Positions 1-9,652 of a DNA stretch of 64,000 nt are shown in pieces (positions within the stretch are counted from its first letter, which is position 1; the number at the start of each line of letters is the position of its first letter). The position numbers were made by a program, and so were the translations under genes. The stretch comes from an uncultured Thiohalophilus sp. (GTDB lineage: Bacteria; Pseudomonadota; Gammaproteobacteria; UBA6429; Thiohalophilaceae): contig CAZIJT010000001.1 of assembly GCA_964539595.1 (NCBI GenBank), positions 4,142 to 68,141 on the forward strand. The letters run 5' to 3'. The notes beneath the pieces were generated by a model, which worked only from the letters and a program-made list of their open reading frames with translations, was not told where the DNA came from and made no database searches.

Positions 1-2007
1 TTCTCCTTGAATCTGCGCGATCTTGCGCATCACTTTATCTATCCGTTTTTCAGAATCATCAGTAACAGGATCAGAACAGTCATCGCAACGATTGATATAA
101 TCCTCCAGCGGTACCACCGCCGCGAGTCGCTGCTGAATTTTCTGATATAACTCCTGCTGCGGATCATTGCTCTGGTAGCCCATTACCCTGTCGACACTAA
201 GCCAGTCTTTGCGGGTGCTGAATATCGTCTGCTGCCTTGAACGCAGGCCTTCATACCATGAATTCCTGATCTTCTCGCGATGACTGGTCGGAATGAAGGA
301 TAAGAAATTATCCTCCCCTTCCATACGTAAAAAATTCATATACAGACGAGTATTCATCTGATGACCCACATTGCCATAAACATTAAAGCCTGCCACCAAT
401 AGATAGTGAATACGCTCAAGCATAGGATAGTCAATCACCCAGGCTGTCTCGGGATAATCACCAATTAAACCCTGCTTAACAGAAGCACTGTCAAAATGAC
501 GGAATATCGTCAACGCCGCATTAGGATTAGTGCCGTCACCATCCCAGATGAAATTTATCGCCTCAGCTAAAGTCACCGTGGGCATTTTACTGAAGTGTTC
601 TTCCTTTGCATCTACATAGTGTTTATAACGCTGCCAGTAATCTGTCCAGATACTTAACATATTGAAGGTATCACCACGTTCAGCAGGCAACTGCAAATAA
701 TCTGAAACCGAATCCAGAAAACCCGGCGTGTCTGAAAATGTTTTTTGCCGAGGATTGAGAAACACCACCCAAAACCTGTCTTCAATCACATTCAGTGCAA
801 TCTGCCCACGGCAAACTGGACCTTTGATAAAGCCTTCGATAAAGAAACGCGCATCGTCGAGTAAAAACTGATAGCGGGAATTAGGTGGGATAGCTGAAAA
901 TACCTTAAGCGGATTAGAAGCTATTTCAGATTCATAGGATGGCAGCTCGGTAACCCTGTAATCAGGTTTGAAAAATAGCTCACGATAACGCTGCATACGC
1001 GCATCCGACAGGCTATAGACCACATGATCCTTGGCAACAATACTTGCAATATAGGGAATAAGACGATAATAAAAATCTGTCGCGCCAGTATCAGTGAGAG
1101 GATCATCAAACGGTCGCAGACTAGCAATTTCATCAATCACCTGGCCGGGTTCAGTGCGCGAACGCACCAGCCGGTAAAACTCCCGTACCGGAGTATTGTC
1201 AAAATGAATATGTGCAGCCGTCAGGTGCTCATAAATATAACGACTCACCAACTTTTCTTTTAACGTATTCTGATTCAGAAAAGCTTCCCATTTTTTCACC
1301 TGCCGTTGCGCCTCAAGGGAGGCCGCTGGCGGTTCATCCCGTGGAGCCCCCTGCGCTATCCACTGCACCAATGTCCGGTATTCTGATTCACGCAAATTCG
1401 GCATGGCATAGGGCATGCCCCAGTCTGGTGTTTTCTGTGCAAAGTCGCTGAACGTATCCATCGTTGGACAGCTTTGTTTGCGATCCAGCGCAAGGCTAAA
1501 ATCTTCTGATAGCCGCCCAACCCGAGCCTGAGGATGCAACTGCTTCAAGCGTAACATCTGGTAGAGCACAGAATTTTCAAGATTTTGTTCGGGATCCTTA
1601 GTATTGACTTCATTTAGAACCGGCTGGAAATCTTTTAGTCGCCATTCCTCGGTAGTTTTAGCATCGATAAACAGGCGCGTCGGTGTGGCTCCCAGAATGC
1701 GCGTACCATCATAAACCAAAGCCTTGTTCGCGCCTCGCGTCAGGCCTTCATAGGCGGAGAGTTTTAGCTGGCAGGGCGCATCGTAACAGCCGTGGCACAC
1801 GATGCAGCGGCGTTCGAGCACAGGCTTAACTTTCTGTTGGTAAGAAATAGGCTGTGCCGGCAGGCTCAGCAGCAGGTTGTAATCGACACGCACCGGTTCA
1901 CCCAGTGAGGTGCTGCTTTGTGATGAACAAGCCGAGAGCACCAGTAGAAGTGACAATCCGACCACGCGTATCAGCATCGAATCAACATCGTTGTATATCC
2001 GTTTCAT
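1..2007 (-). CDS. cti: fatty acid cis/trans isomerase (Cti family); C-terminus runs off the window
   Basis: The minus-strand frame is open from the ATG at 2005-2007 to the window edge (669 codons). It is absent from the ORF track because there is no stop in the window. My translation starts MKRIYNDVDSMLIRVVGLSLLLVLSAC (signal/lipobox-like). It then contains CIVCHGCYDAPCQLKL, the heme-c block typical of Pseudomonas/Vibrio Cti. Confidence 0.8.
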   Translation of the reverse strand, partial: MKRIYNDVDSMLIRVVGLSLLLVLSACSSQSSTSLGEPVRVDYNLLLSLPAQPISYQQKVKPVLERRCIVCHGCYDAPCQLKLSAYEGLTRGANKALVYDGTRILGATPTRLFIDAKTTEEWRLKDFQPVLNEVNTKDPEQNLENSVLYQMLRLKQLHPQARVGRLSEDFSLALDRKQSCPTMDTFSDFAQKTPDWGMPYAMPNLRESEYRTLVQWIAQGAPRDEPPAASLEAQRQVKKWEAFLNQNTLKEKLVSRYIYEHLTAAHIHFDNTPVREFYRLVRSRTEPGQVIDEIASLRPFDDPLTDTGATDFYYRLIPYIASIVAKDHVVYSLSDARMQRYRELFFKPDYRVTELPSYESEIASNPLKVFSAIPPNSRYQFLLDDARFFIEGFIKGPVCRGQIALNVIEDRFWVVFLNPRQKTFSDTPGFLDSVSDYLQLPAERGDTFNMLSIWTDYWQRYKHYVDAKEEHFSKMPTVTLAEAINFIWDGDGTNPNAALTIFRHFDSASVKQGLIGDYPETAWVIDYPMLERIHYLLVAGFNVYGNVGHQMNTRLYMNFLRMEGEDNFLSFIPTSHREKIRNSWYEGLRSRQQTIFSTRKDWLSVDRVMGYQSNDPQQELYQKIQQRLAAVVPLEDYINRCDDCSDPVTDDSEKRIDKVMRKIAQIQGE

Positions 2008-2277
2008 GCTTTCCATCCCATCATGTTTTGTATGCGAATACATAAAATCCCTGACTACCCTGCAAGTAGACTGAAACAGACGTCGACTAAAGCAGGTTTG
2101 ATTGTGTTTTATTTAATCATTATAAAAAATATTTGAGCCTTATAAAAAAAATTATTTTTTTCGCAGGCTCTATCCTAAAATATTTAGCAGAACTCTTCCC
2201 TTTTGCGTTTTATAGGTCTACGTTTAATCACGGTATCTGTATGATATCGCACACCCTGTATTATTTACGACACAGCG

Positions 2278-2291
2278 TTGACGTATATCAA
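2278..2291. promoter_or_regulatory. FNR/DNR-type box TTGACGTATATCAA upstream of nosZ
   Basis: Palindromic match to TTGAT-N4-ATCAA, about 90 bp upstream of the nosZ ATG, in an AT-rich intergenic region. Confidence 0.6.
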
Positions 2292-2380
2292 GGCAGAAAT
2301 TTTCTAAATCAACAAACATTTAATGTATGTGTAAGTTGCACCCGAGTATTTTTATCAACTAAATTGGGAGAATATCAGTA

Positions 2381-4675
2381 ATGTTCAAATCAGCCAAACG
2401 CGCCCTGTCCCTTGCAGCAGGGCTAGCCATCGGGCTGTCGGCAGCATCATCCGCATGGTCAGCGTCATCGCTAGAACAAGTGATGAAAGAACGCGGCCTG
2501 ACGCAAAAAGATGTGCTGGCAGCAGCAAAAACCTACGTTCCTAGCGGCGGTCGCGATGAGTATCTCGTCTTCAGTTCCGGCGGTCAGAGCGGTCAGGTTA
2601 TCGTTTACGGTATCCCCTCCATGCGCATTCTGAAATACATTGCGGTATTTACACCGGAACCCTGGCAGGGTTACGGTTTTGACGAAGAATCTAAAGCGGT
2701 ACTGGCTCAAGGCCGCATCAATGGCAAAGACATTTTGTTTGGTGATACTCACCATCCAGCACTGTCCGAAACCAAGGGTGAATATAACGGTAAATACCTG
2801 TTCATCAATGACAAGAATAACCCCCGTATCGCGGTTATCGATCTGCACGATTTTGAAACCAAACAGATTGTGGTCAACCCGATCATGAAATCGGAGCACG
2901 GTGGTGCCTTTGTCACGCCAAACACCGAGTACATCATTGAAGCCTCCCAGTACGCCGCTCCTCTGACCAATGAATTCGTTCCATTAGAAGAATTCAATGA
3001 CAAATACCGTGGTGCGGTGACTTACTGGAAATTCGATATGAAAAAGGGCCGGATTCAACCGGATCAATCTTTCTCTATAGAATTACCACCTTATAGTCAG
3101 GATCTTTCCGATGCAGGTAAAGGCCCGTCTTATGGCTGGTCATTCACCAACTCCTTCTGTTCTGAACGGTATGTTGGCGGTATCGAACGTGGACGTCCTC
3201 CTTTCGAGGCCGGTTGTTCATCTAAAGATACTGACTTCCTGCACGTCATTAACTGGAAAAAAGCGGCTGAACTGGTTAAAGCCGGTAAAGCCAAGACCAT
3301 TAACGGCCACAAGGTGCTGTCCATCAAGACCGCTGTTGATAACGGCATTCTGTTCCTGGTGCCCGAGCCTAAAAGCCCACACGGCGTTGACGTTAGCCCC
3401 AACGGTAAATTCATGATCGTTTCCGGTAAGCTCGACAGCCACACCTGGGTTTACAGCTACGAGAAAATCATGGCGGCTGTCAAGGCGAAGAAATTTGAAG
3501 GCAAAGATCCTTACGGGATTCCAATCATTGCCATGAAAGACGCCCTGCATACCCAGGTTAACGTGGGTCTTGGCCCGCTGCACACCCAGTATGACAGCAA
3601 GGAATGTGTGGTTTACACCTCCATCTATGTGGATTCCATGGTCACCAAATGGAACTACTGTAACGGTAAAGTGCTGGATCAGATGCCCATCCATTACAAC
3701 ATTGGTCACCTGATGGCGATGGAAGGCGATTCCGTCTCTCCAGATGGTAAATATCTGGTTGCGTTAAACAAGCTGGCGATTGATCGTTTCAATCCGGTTG
3801 GCCCCCTGCATCCGCAGAACCACCAGTTGATCGACATCAGCGGCGACAAAATGCAACTGCTGTATGATATGCCAGTACCCTTGGGTGAACCCCACTACGC
3901 CGTGTCTATTAAGGCCGACAAGCTAAAACCGGGTATTCGTTATAAGTCTGGCTGGAACAGCCGTGCCGACAAACGTTCACCCTTTAAGGCGCGCGCCGGT
4001 CGTGAAAAGACGGTTCGCTCACCGGGCAAGGTTGAAGTATTTGGTACCCTGATTCGCTCTCACATCAATCCTGAAATTCTGGAAGTGACCGAAGGCGATG
4101 AAGTTATCATTCACCTGACCAACCTCGAACGCGCACAGGATGAAACCCACGGTTTCGCCATCAATGGCACCAACGTCAATCTTTCGATTGAACCGGGTAA
4201 AACCGTAACCGCTAAATTCATTGCTGACAAAGCCGGTGTTTATCCTTACTACTGTACTGAATTCTGTTCCGCACTCCATCTGGAAATGCAGGGCTATCTG
4301 CTGGTACAGCCAAAGGGTTACAAGGCCAAAGGTGGTGGCATGGTTGAAGGTGTAAAATACACCGAAGCTGACTACAAGAAACAGGTCAAAACCAATATCG
4401 ACACCCAGGCAGTTATTGACTCTGTTGTTGCTTTCATCACCAGCCACAACTACAAAGACTTCGCGATGGTCGTGGCCTTGGTTGAAGATGCAACCGATCA
4501 GCTTGGCTTTGCGGCTGAGGCGAAGAAAAAATCTGAAACTGCAGCGGCCAAAAAAGACTGGCAGAATGCCATGCTTTGGGCTAACCAGTGGTGGCAGTAT
4601 CAGGTTAAGACCGCCGACATGGGTTTACGTGCAAAAACCTATCTGGAACAAAACGGCGCTAAAAAGATCAAATAG
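2381..4675 (+). CDS. nosZ: nitrous oxide reductase, clade II (Sec-dependent) type
   Basis: 764 aa. The signal peptide has no twin-arginine (MFKSAKRALSLAAGLAIGLSAASSAWS). It has the GDTHHP CuZ histidine pair and the C-terminal CuA motif CTEFCSALHLEM. nosD/F/Y/L lie downstream. Confidence 0.95.
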   Translation: MFKSAKRALSLAAGLAIGLSAASSAWSASSLEQVMKERGLTQKDVLAAAKTYVPSGGRDEYLVFSSGGQSGQVIVYGIPSMRILKYIAVFTPEPWQGYGFDEESKAVLAQGRINGKDILFGDTHHPALSETKGEYNGKYLFINDKNNPRIAVIDLHDFETKQIVVNPIMKSEHGGAFVTPNTEYIIEASQYAAPLTNEFVPLEEFNDKYRGAVTYWKFDMKKGRIQPDQSFSIELPPYSQDLSDAGKGPSYGWSFTNSFCSERYVGGIERGRPPFEAGCSSKDTDFLHVINWKKAAELVKAGKAKTINGHKVLSIKTAVDNGILFLVPEPKSPHGVDVSPNGKFMIVSGKLDSHTWVYSYEKIMAAVKAKKFEGKDPYGIPIIAMKDALHTQVNVGLGPLHTQYDSKECVVYTSIYVDSMVTKWNYCNGKVLDQMPIHYNIGHLMAMEGDSVSPDGKYLVALNKLAIDRFNPVGPLHPQNHQLIDISGDKMQLLYDMPVPLGEPHYAVSIKADKLKPGIRYKSGWNSRADKRSPFKARAGREKTVRSPGKVEVFGTLIRSHINPEILEVTEGDEVIIHLTNLERAQDETHGFAINGTNVNLSIEPGKTVTAKFIADKAGVYPYYCTEFCSALHLEMQGYLLVQPKGYKAKGGGMVEGVKYTEADYKKQVKTNIDTQAVIDSVVAFITSHNYKDFAMVVALVEDATDQLGFAAEAKKKSETAAAKKDWQNAMLWANQWWQYQVKTADMGLRAKTYLEQNGAKKIK

Positions 4676-4695
4676 CTACTCGATCTTGATAACCA

Positions 4696-4726
4696 CAGGG
4701 GAGCACTATGTGCTCCCCTGTTTTGC
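4696..4726 (+). terminator. Rho-independent terminator after nosZ
   Basis: Perfect 11-bp stem CAGGGGAGCAC / GTGCTCCCCTG with a 3-nt loop, followed by TTTT. Confidence 0.8.
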
Positions 4727-4866
4727 TTAGCGCTAACAAAAATGTGATATTTTAAAGCTGAAGGAAGATCTGATTTATTTGCCGTTTGTGCCCACATATT
4801 ATTGTCAGCCTCATCGCGCAAAAACAGCAGTTCGAAAACCACCCATACTTTTACGGAGTAACAACA

Positions 4867-5205
4867 ATGAAAATCCTTAACAAAAAAATCTTAGTTTCAA
4901 TTCTATTTTTAACTGGCGCAGGTTTTAGCGGCCAGACGCTGGCACTCGATGGCAAGGCACTCTACAACAACCCGGCCAAGGGCGGCTGCATTGCCTGTCA
5001 CGGCAAGGATGCGAAAACCCCCATGGCCGCTTTGAATGCCCCCAAACTTGCCGGGCAGGGTGAAAAATATCTTCTGCAACAAATGAAAGACATCAAAAGC
5101 GGCGCGCGCAACAATGGCAATACCGCCTCAATGAAAGGCGTAATGGGCATGATCAATGACGCAGAAATGGCCGCCGTAGCAAAATACCTGTCTGGCCTAA
5201 AGTAA
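4867..5205 (+). CDS. monoheme c-type cytochrome, periplasmic (NosC-like candidate electron donor)
   Basis: I used the internal ATG at 4867, which follows GGAG. It has a signal peptide MKILNKKILVSILFLTGAGFSGQTLA and a single CIACH motif. It also has the PKLAGQ block typical of c4/c552-type class I cytochromes. Confidence 0.8.
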   Translation: MKILNKKILVSILFLTGAGFSGQTLALDGKALYNNPAKGGCIACHGKDAKTPMAALNAPKLAGQGEKYLLQQMKDIKSGARNNGNTASMKGVMGMINDAEMAAVAKYLSGLK

Positions 5206-5214
5206 AAATGAGCC

Positions 5215-5228
5215 TTGATGTTTGTCAA
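5215..5228. promoter_or_regulatory. FNR/DNR-like box TTGATGTTTGTCAA upstream of the diheme cytochrome gene
   Basis: Inverted-repeat half sites TTGAT/GTCAA with a 4-nt spacer, about 140 bp upstream of the ATG at 5366. Confidence 0.45.
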
Positions 5229-5365
5229 GGATGACAAGCACGCAAAGTGGAAAAATAACTATAACCAATTGTTTTTATAGGGCACCTGTGCTCAGTGGAT
5301 GAATTTATCCCCGCCCCGAGCCCGCAAAATTTATATGTAACATGCACGTTTTGGAGTAACAAAAG

Positions 5366-6085
5366 ATGAACAAACTATTTATAAGCCTGCTCACCGGTGT
5401 CTGCCTAAGTCTGCCCTTATCCGGGGTAACTCAGGCCGCCGGCTGGAACCAGGATCATGGAGAAAAAGATGAAGCCCTGCACCTCAAGGCCGATGTCGTA
5501 AACGGCATGGACGTGTTTGAAGTCTGTTCGGCCTGCCACATGCCAGAAGGCTGGGGAACCAAAGACGGCACCTTCCCGCAACTGGCGGGTCAGCACAAAA
5601 AAGTATTGATCAAGCAGCTTGCCGATATTCGTGCGCGTAACCGTGATAATCCCACCATGTACCCTTTCGCCCTGCCTGAATCCATTGGTGATGCACAGGC
5701 ATTGGCGGATGTTGCCGGTTATATTGCCAAGTTACCCATGAACCCTGCCAACGGCAAAGGTGAATGGGCCAAGGGCACAGCAGAATTTGATCAGGGCAAA
5801 AAACTCTATGATGACAACTGTGTAAAGTGCCACGGTGAAATTGGTGAAGGCAAACAGGAAAAATATTTCCCACGTCTTGCCGGCCAGCACTATAAATATA
5901 TGCTGCGTCAGTTTGAATGGATCCGTGATGGCAAACGTCGTAATGCCAATCCTGACATGATCAAGCAGATTAAAGGCTTCTCCAATAAGGACATGCAGAT
6001 GGTGATCAACTATGTTTCGCGTATCCCGGTACCGAAAAAAGATCTGGCTCCGTCTGCTGACTGGAGAAATCCAGACTTTGATTAG
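5366..6085 (+). CDS. diheme cytochrome c4-type protein
   Basis: Signal peptide, two heme motifs (CSACH and CVKCH), and a duplicated P-x-LAGQH block as in cytochrome c4. Confidence 0.85.
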   Translation: MNKLFISLLTGVCLSLPLSGVTQAAGWNQDHGEKDEALHLKADVVNGMDVFEVCSACHMPEGWGTKDGTFPQLAGQHKKVLIKQLADIRARNRDNPTMYPFALPESIGDAQALADVAGYIAKLPMNPANGKGEWAKGTAEFDQGKKLYDDNCVKCHGEIGEGKQEKYFPRLAGQHYKYMLRQFEWIRDGKRRNANPDMIKQIKGFSNKDMQMVINYVSRIPVPKKDLAPSADWRNPDFD

Positions 6086-6269
6086 ATCTTAAGCCTTACT
6101 GTCGTACACTTCGCACAATTTCCTGTGCAGCATGAATGATGAGGCAGGCTTCTCTGCCTCATCAGCATACTAAATCCACAAGATTTGAGCGCTGAAATAG
6201 TCTAGACTTGCTCTATATTATTATCGGCTCATATAACACTTACCCCTACAGATAAGCAGGTATTCAGCA

Positions 6270-7460
6270 ATGACGAATTCGACACTATCAAAGCAAAACT
6301 TGATCGTGTCCGGTCTGGTCGCCGCCGCACTTATTGTTCTGGCAATGATGTACTACTCGCCTATCTGGTGGGTATCCCTGACTGCACCCAACTATCCCGA
6401 AGAAGCCTTTCCTGACGGTGTACGTATTCAGTTTCACATGAATGGCGTCTTCAACGGCTGTCGGAAAATAGATAATGTCGAGATTGTCGAAGATGAAGCG
6501 CTCGACTGTGTACACGAGATGGATACCATTAACCACTACGTTGGCATGTATCCGATTGCCGCCGGTGGCCCGGTAGAACGCGCCTTCTCCCAGTTCCTGA
6601 TTGTTTTCCTCGCGGTGATGCTGGTGGGTTTTGTTACCACCCATCCAAAATTACGCATGACTATTCTCGGCGGTGGCTTTGCGGCCATATTTTTGTGGAT
6701 GTATCTCACCATGTATAGCGACGATGGCATCGCACTTGAAAACGGCGGCTTCATTTATGCCATGGTCAACTCACTGGATCAAGATGCCAGTGACAAAGAT
6801 GCTAGCGCCGCTGATCTGGATGCCGGAGCCGCCTTGATCGCGCGGATGAAAGAATCCCTAAAAGCCTCCGGTGTAGAAGTTGAGGAAGATGAAATAAAGG
6901 AATACAGCAGTGACAAGCAACGTCTGTTGGACTCGATTCGTATTACTTTTGAGAAGGGTCAACAAAATCAGGATCCCTCTCTGCGCGAAGCCTGGAACGG
7001 TAGCGCCTATCAGGTGATGGGCTGGCACTATGGCAAGAGTCTAGGACGTTACTTCAATAATCAGGAAGAAATCGTGCCCATGGTCAAGACTCTTAAGCTG
7101 GCCATTAACGTGGTCTTCGTCGGTTTATCTGCGGCCATGTTGTTTCTGCTTATTGCCACCCGCCGCACAGGCAATCTGTTTTACTGGCTGCTGATCGTGG
7201 TGCCGCTGGCACTGCCGTTTTTCTTCGTCGTGGAATATGCCGCCTGGCTCTGGTGGTTCGGCCATAGCCTGAATGAAATGGGTGCGTTTACCGTCAAACC
7301 CTTTATGCCCACGGTATTTGGTCAGGGCAAGGTGGCACAGTTCAGCACCCATTCTTATCCAGATATCGGTTTCTTGCTGATGCTGGTCTTTTCAGTATTG
7401 CTGTCTGCCGCCGCGCTGGTGCGCCGTCGTCAGCTCAAAGAGAATGACAATACCCTGTAG
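6270..7460 (+). CDS. polytopic membrane protein, NosB-like (clade II nos accessory) candidate
   Basis: 396 aa. It has several hydrophobic helices at both ends and an acidic hydrophilic insert of about 150 aa. It sits between the nosZ/cytochrome genes and nosD, where clade II clusters carry nosB. No catalytic motif is recognisable. Confidence 0.5.
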   Translation: MTNSTLSKQNLIVSGLVAAALIVLAMMYYSPIWWVSLTAPNYPEEAFPDGVRIQFHMNGVFNGCRKIDNVEIVEDEALDCVHEMDTINHYVGMYPIAAGGPVERAFSQFLIVFLAVMLVGFVTTHPKLRMTILGGGFAAIFLWMYLTMYSDDGIALENGGFIYAMVNSLDQDASDKDASAADLDAGAALIARMKESLKASGVEVEEDEIKEYSSDKQRLLDSIRITFEKGQQNQDPSLREAWNGSAYQVMGWHYGKSLGRYFNNQEEIVPMVKTLKLAINVVFVGLSAAMLFLLIATRRTGNLFYWLLIVVPLALPFFFVVEYAAWLWWFGHSLNEMGAFTVKPFMPTVFGQGKVAQFSTHSYPDIGFLLMLVFSVLLSAAALVRRRQLKENDNTL

Positions 7461-7517
7461 GTACGGCTTGTAGGTTCGACTTCAGTCGTACATCGGTAGT
7501 TAGCCGTTCCTACAGCG
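7457..7517. repeat. REP-like nested palindrome (GTAGGTACGGC ... GTAGGTTCGACTTCAGTCGTAC ... GCCGTTCCTAC)
   Basis: It lies in the intergenic region after the nosB-like gene. The same GTAGGT.CG.CTTCAG.CG.AC core recurs at 10622, 25036, 39721, 47027, 55556, 58696 and 63381. Confidence 0.75.
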
Positions 7518-7550
7518 AATTAACCCTCAGATAGATAACAGGAATCATCT

Positions 7551-8816
7551 TTGCGACCGAGTATTTATTTTTTCAGCCTCACCTTACTGAGCATTGTATT
7601 CAACACAACGTTCAGTAATAGCGATGCCAAAGAAACTAATTCTAACTATCCACCCCTACAACCGCTCATCGATGCCGCTAAAGCCGGTGACACGGTCATC
7701 CCCCCTCCCGGTATTTATGCCGGCCCGGTAACTATCGAACGTCCCATCACTCTGGACGGCCAGAACAAGGTCACCATCGATGCCGGTGGTAAAGGTTCAG
7801 TTATCTATCTGGATACCGATGGTGGCAGCGTGCGCAACCTGCGCCTGATTAACTCAGGTGAATCACATAACGACATTGATGCCGGTGTGCAGGTGCGCGG
7901 TAATTTCAACGTCATCAAAGATAACGTTATTGAAAACACCCTGTTCGGCATCGATCTGCAACAATCAGAAAGTAATATTATTCGTCGCAACCACATCAGT
8001 TCACAGGATCATGCGCTAGGGATGCGCGGTGACGCGATTCGGTTATGGTATAGCTTTAAGAACAAGATCACTGATAATGTGATCGACCGTTCCCGCGACT
8101 TTGTAGTCTGGTATTCAGCGGACAATCACATCGCCCGCAACCGTGTGACCAATGGCCGCTATTCCCTGCATTTTATGTATTCGCGTTATAACCTGATTGA
8201 AGATAATAAATTTTTAAATAACGCCGTAGGTATTTTTCTGATGTATTCCGATGGTGTGATTCTGCGTCGAAATGAAATCACCCATGCCACCGGTGCCAGC
8301 GGTATCGGTATCGGCTTTAAGGAAACATCGGGGTTAATACTGGAAGATAATAAAATCATGTACTGTTCCACCGGGCTTTATCTTGATGTCTCCCCCTATG
8401 ATCCCGATGCAATCAATTTAATGAAAAATAATCTGGTCGCCTTTAATGCCATTGGCATTCGTTTTCTTAACGACTGGAAAGGCAATCAGTTTATAAAAAA
8501 CCAGTTCAAGGGCAACATCACCCCTATTGCCGTCTCCGGCGGCGGCTCGGCCAATCGCAATCTCTGGCAGGATAATTACTGGGATGGTTATGAAGGGTTT
8601 GATCTTGATCACAATGGCGTGGGCGACACGCCGCATGAAATATACTCCTATTCCGACCGACTCTGGATCGATGTACCCGGCGCACAATTTTTCAAAGGCT
8701 CGGCTATTCTTGAAGTCATCGACTTTCTCGAACGTCTGGCTCCCTTCAGCGATCCTGTGCTGATGATGCGGGATAAAACCCCGCAAATGGTAAGCCGTGA
8801 GGATCTTGCCGCATGA
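7551..8816 (+). CDS. nosD: NosD, periplasmic copper-binding beta-helix accessory protein
   Basis: 421 aa with a TTG start. It has a signal peptide and repeated parallel beta-helix units (N-x-I-x-N, e.g. IKDNVIENTLFGI, IRRNHISS, ITDNVIDRS, IARNRVTNG, IEDNKFLNN). It lies in the nos cluster. Confidence 0.85.
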   Translation: MRPSIYFFSLTLLSIVFNTTFSNSDAKETNSNYPPLQPLIDAAKAGDTVIPPPGIYAGPVTIERPITLDGQNKVTIDAGGKGSVIYLDTDGGSVRNLRLINSGESHNDIDAGVQVRGNFNVIKDNVIENTLFGIDLQQSESNIIRRNHISSQDHALGMRGDAIRLWYSFKNKITDNVIDRSRDFVVWYSADNHIARNRVTNGRYSLHFMYSRYNLIEDNKFLNNAVGIFLMYSDGVILRRNEITHATGASGIGIGFKETSGLILEDNKIMYCSTGLYLDVSPYDPDAINLMKNNLVAFNAIGIRFLNDWKGNQFIKNQFKGNITPIAVSGGGSANRNLWQDNYWDGYEGFDLDHNGVGDTPHEIYSYSDRLWIDVPGAQFFKGSAILEVIDFLERLAPFSDPVLMMRDKTPQMVSREDLAA

Positions 8817-9649
8817 GCTCGCCAGCCCCACCTAAATCCCAGCCCAAACCTAAAATCAGCAACCGCCGTGCGCAACAAGCACGGCGTCGTTTCCTGCGTT
8901 CAATCGGCATGGGCGCGGGTATTGTGGGCGTAGCGATGCTGGGCTACTACCCGGTCGCCAGTCAATCTTTCCCTCGCCTGCGTCCCCCCGGTGCATTGGC
9001 CGAAAAAGAATACCTCGCCTCCTGCATTAAATGCGGTCAGTGCGTACAGGTTTGCCCGGTCAAGGCTATCGAACTGGCCGATGCTGAAGACGGCTTTGGT
9101 CTCGGTGCTGCCTGGATCGACCCGCGTAAACAGGGCTGTGATTTTTCCTGCGACGGTTTACAGTGCGTGCTTGCCTGCCCTACCGGTGCGCTCACCCATG
9201 AAACCGATTACCCACATGAAGTTCATATTGGCATAGCTCGACTGGATAAACCTAAACTTTGTCTGGCCGTTAATGGCCAGGGATTCAAGGGTAAAATTCG
9301 CGATGCTAATTTTCAGGGTCGCTTTCGCTATAATGAAATTGATCGCTGGAATCCGATCCCGGTGCGGGATCGAGATTTCGATCTGGAAATATGCGATCTC
9401 TGCGTGCGCCACTGCCCCATCGAAATTCGCCTCGCCCAGTGTGAAGCGGGCAAGCCACCGTCTGGAGATGAAAATCAGTGTCCTCCCCAACATGCGATCA
9501 AACTTGAACCCATTGTTAGTAACGATGGCCTGACCCGAATGAAGCCGGTCATCCTTGATGGCTGTGTCGGCTGCGGTGCCTGTGAAATGGTTTGCCCGAC
9601 CGAGCCTGCCGCGATTGTAATTGACGTTGAAAGTATCTTGAAGGCCTGA
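8813..9649 (+). CDS. nosG: NosG, Tat-exported NapG-like polyferredoxin
   Basis: It has a twin-arginine signal (RRRFLRSIGMGAG). It has four Cys clusters (CIKCGQCVQVCP, CDGLQCVLACP, CDLCVRHCP, CVGCGACEMVCP). A 4-bp ATGA overlap joins it to nosD. Confidence 0.8.
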   Translation: MSSPAPPKSQPKPKISNRRAQQARRRFLRSIGMGAGIVGVAMLGYYPVASQSFPRLRPPGALAEKEYLASCIKCGQCVQVCPVKAIELADAEDGFGLGAAWIDPRKQGCDFSCDGLQCVLACPTGALTHETDYPHEVHIGIARLDKPKLCLAVNGQGFKGKIRDANFQGRFRYNEIDRWNPIPVRDRDFDLEICDLCVRHCPIEIRLAQCEAGKPPSGDENQCPPQHAIKLEPIVSNDGLTRMKPVILDGCVGCGACEMVCPTEPAAIVIDVESILKA

Positions 9650-9652
9650 GTT

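Noticed and set aside
2471-4447. Several 80-160-aa ORFs on the opposite strand or in other frames inside nosZ (for example 2471-2899, 3218-3709 and 4019-4447).
   Set aside because: They lie wholly within a gene that has unambiguous NosZ motifs. They have no start context and their composition looks low-complexity or skewed. I treat them as shadow ORFs. The same reasoning applies to antisense ORFs inside nosG/H (9158-9858), menF/menD (20231-22777), metH, algC and coaBC.
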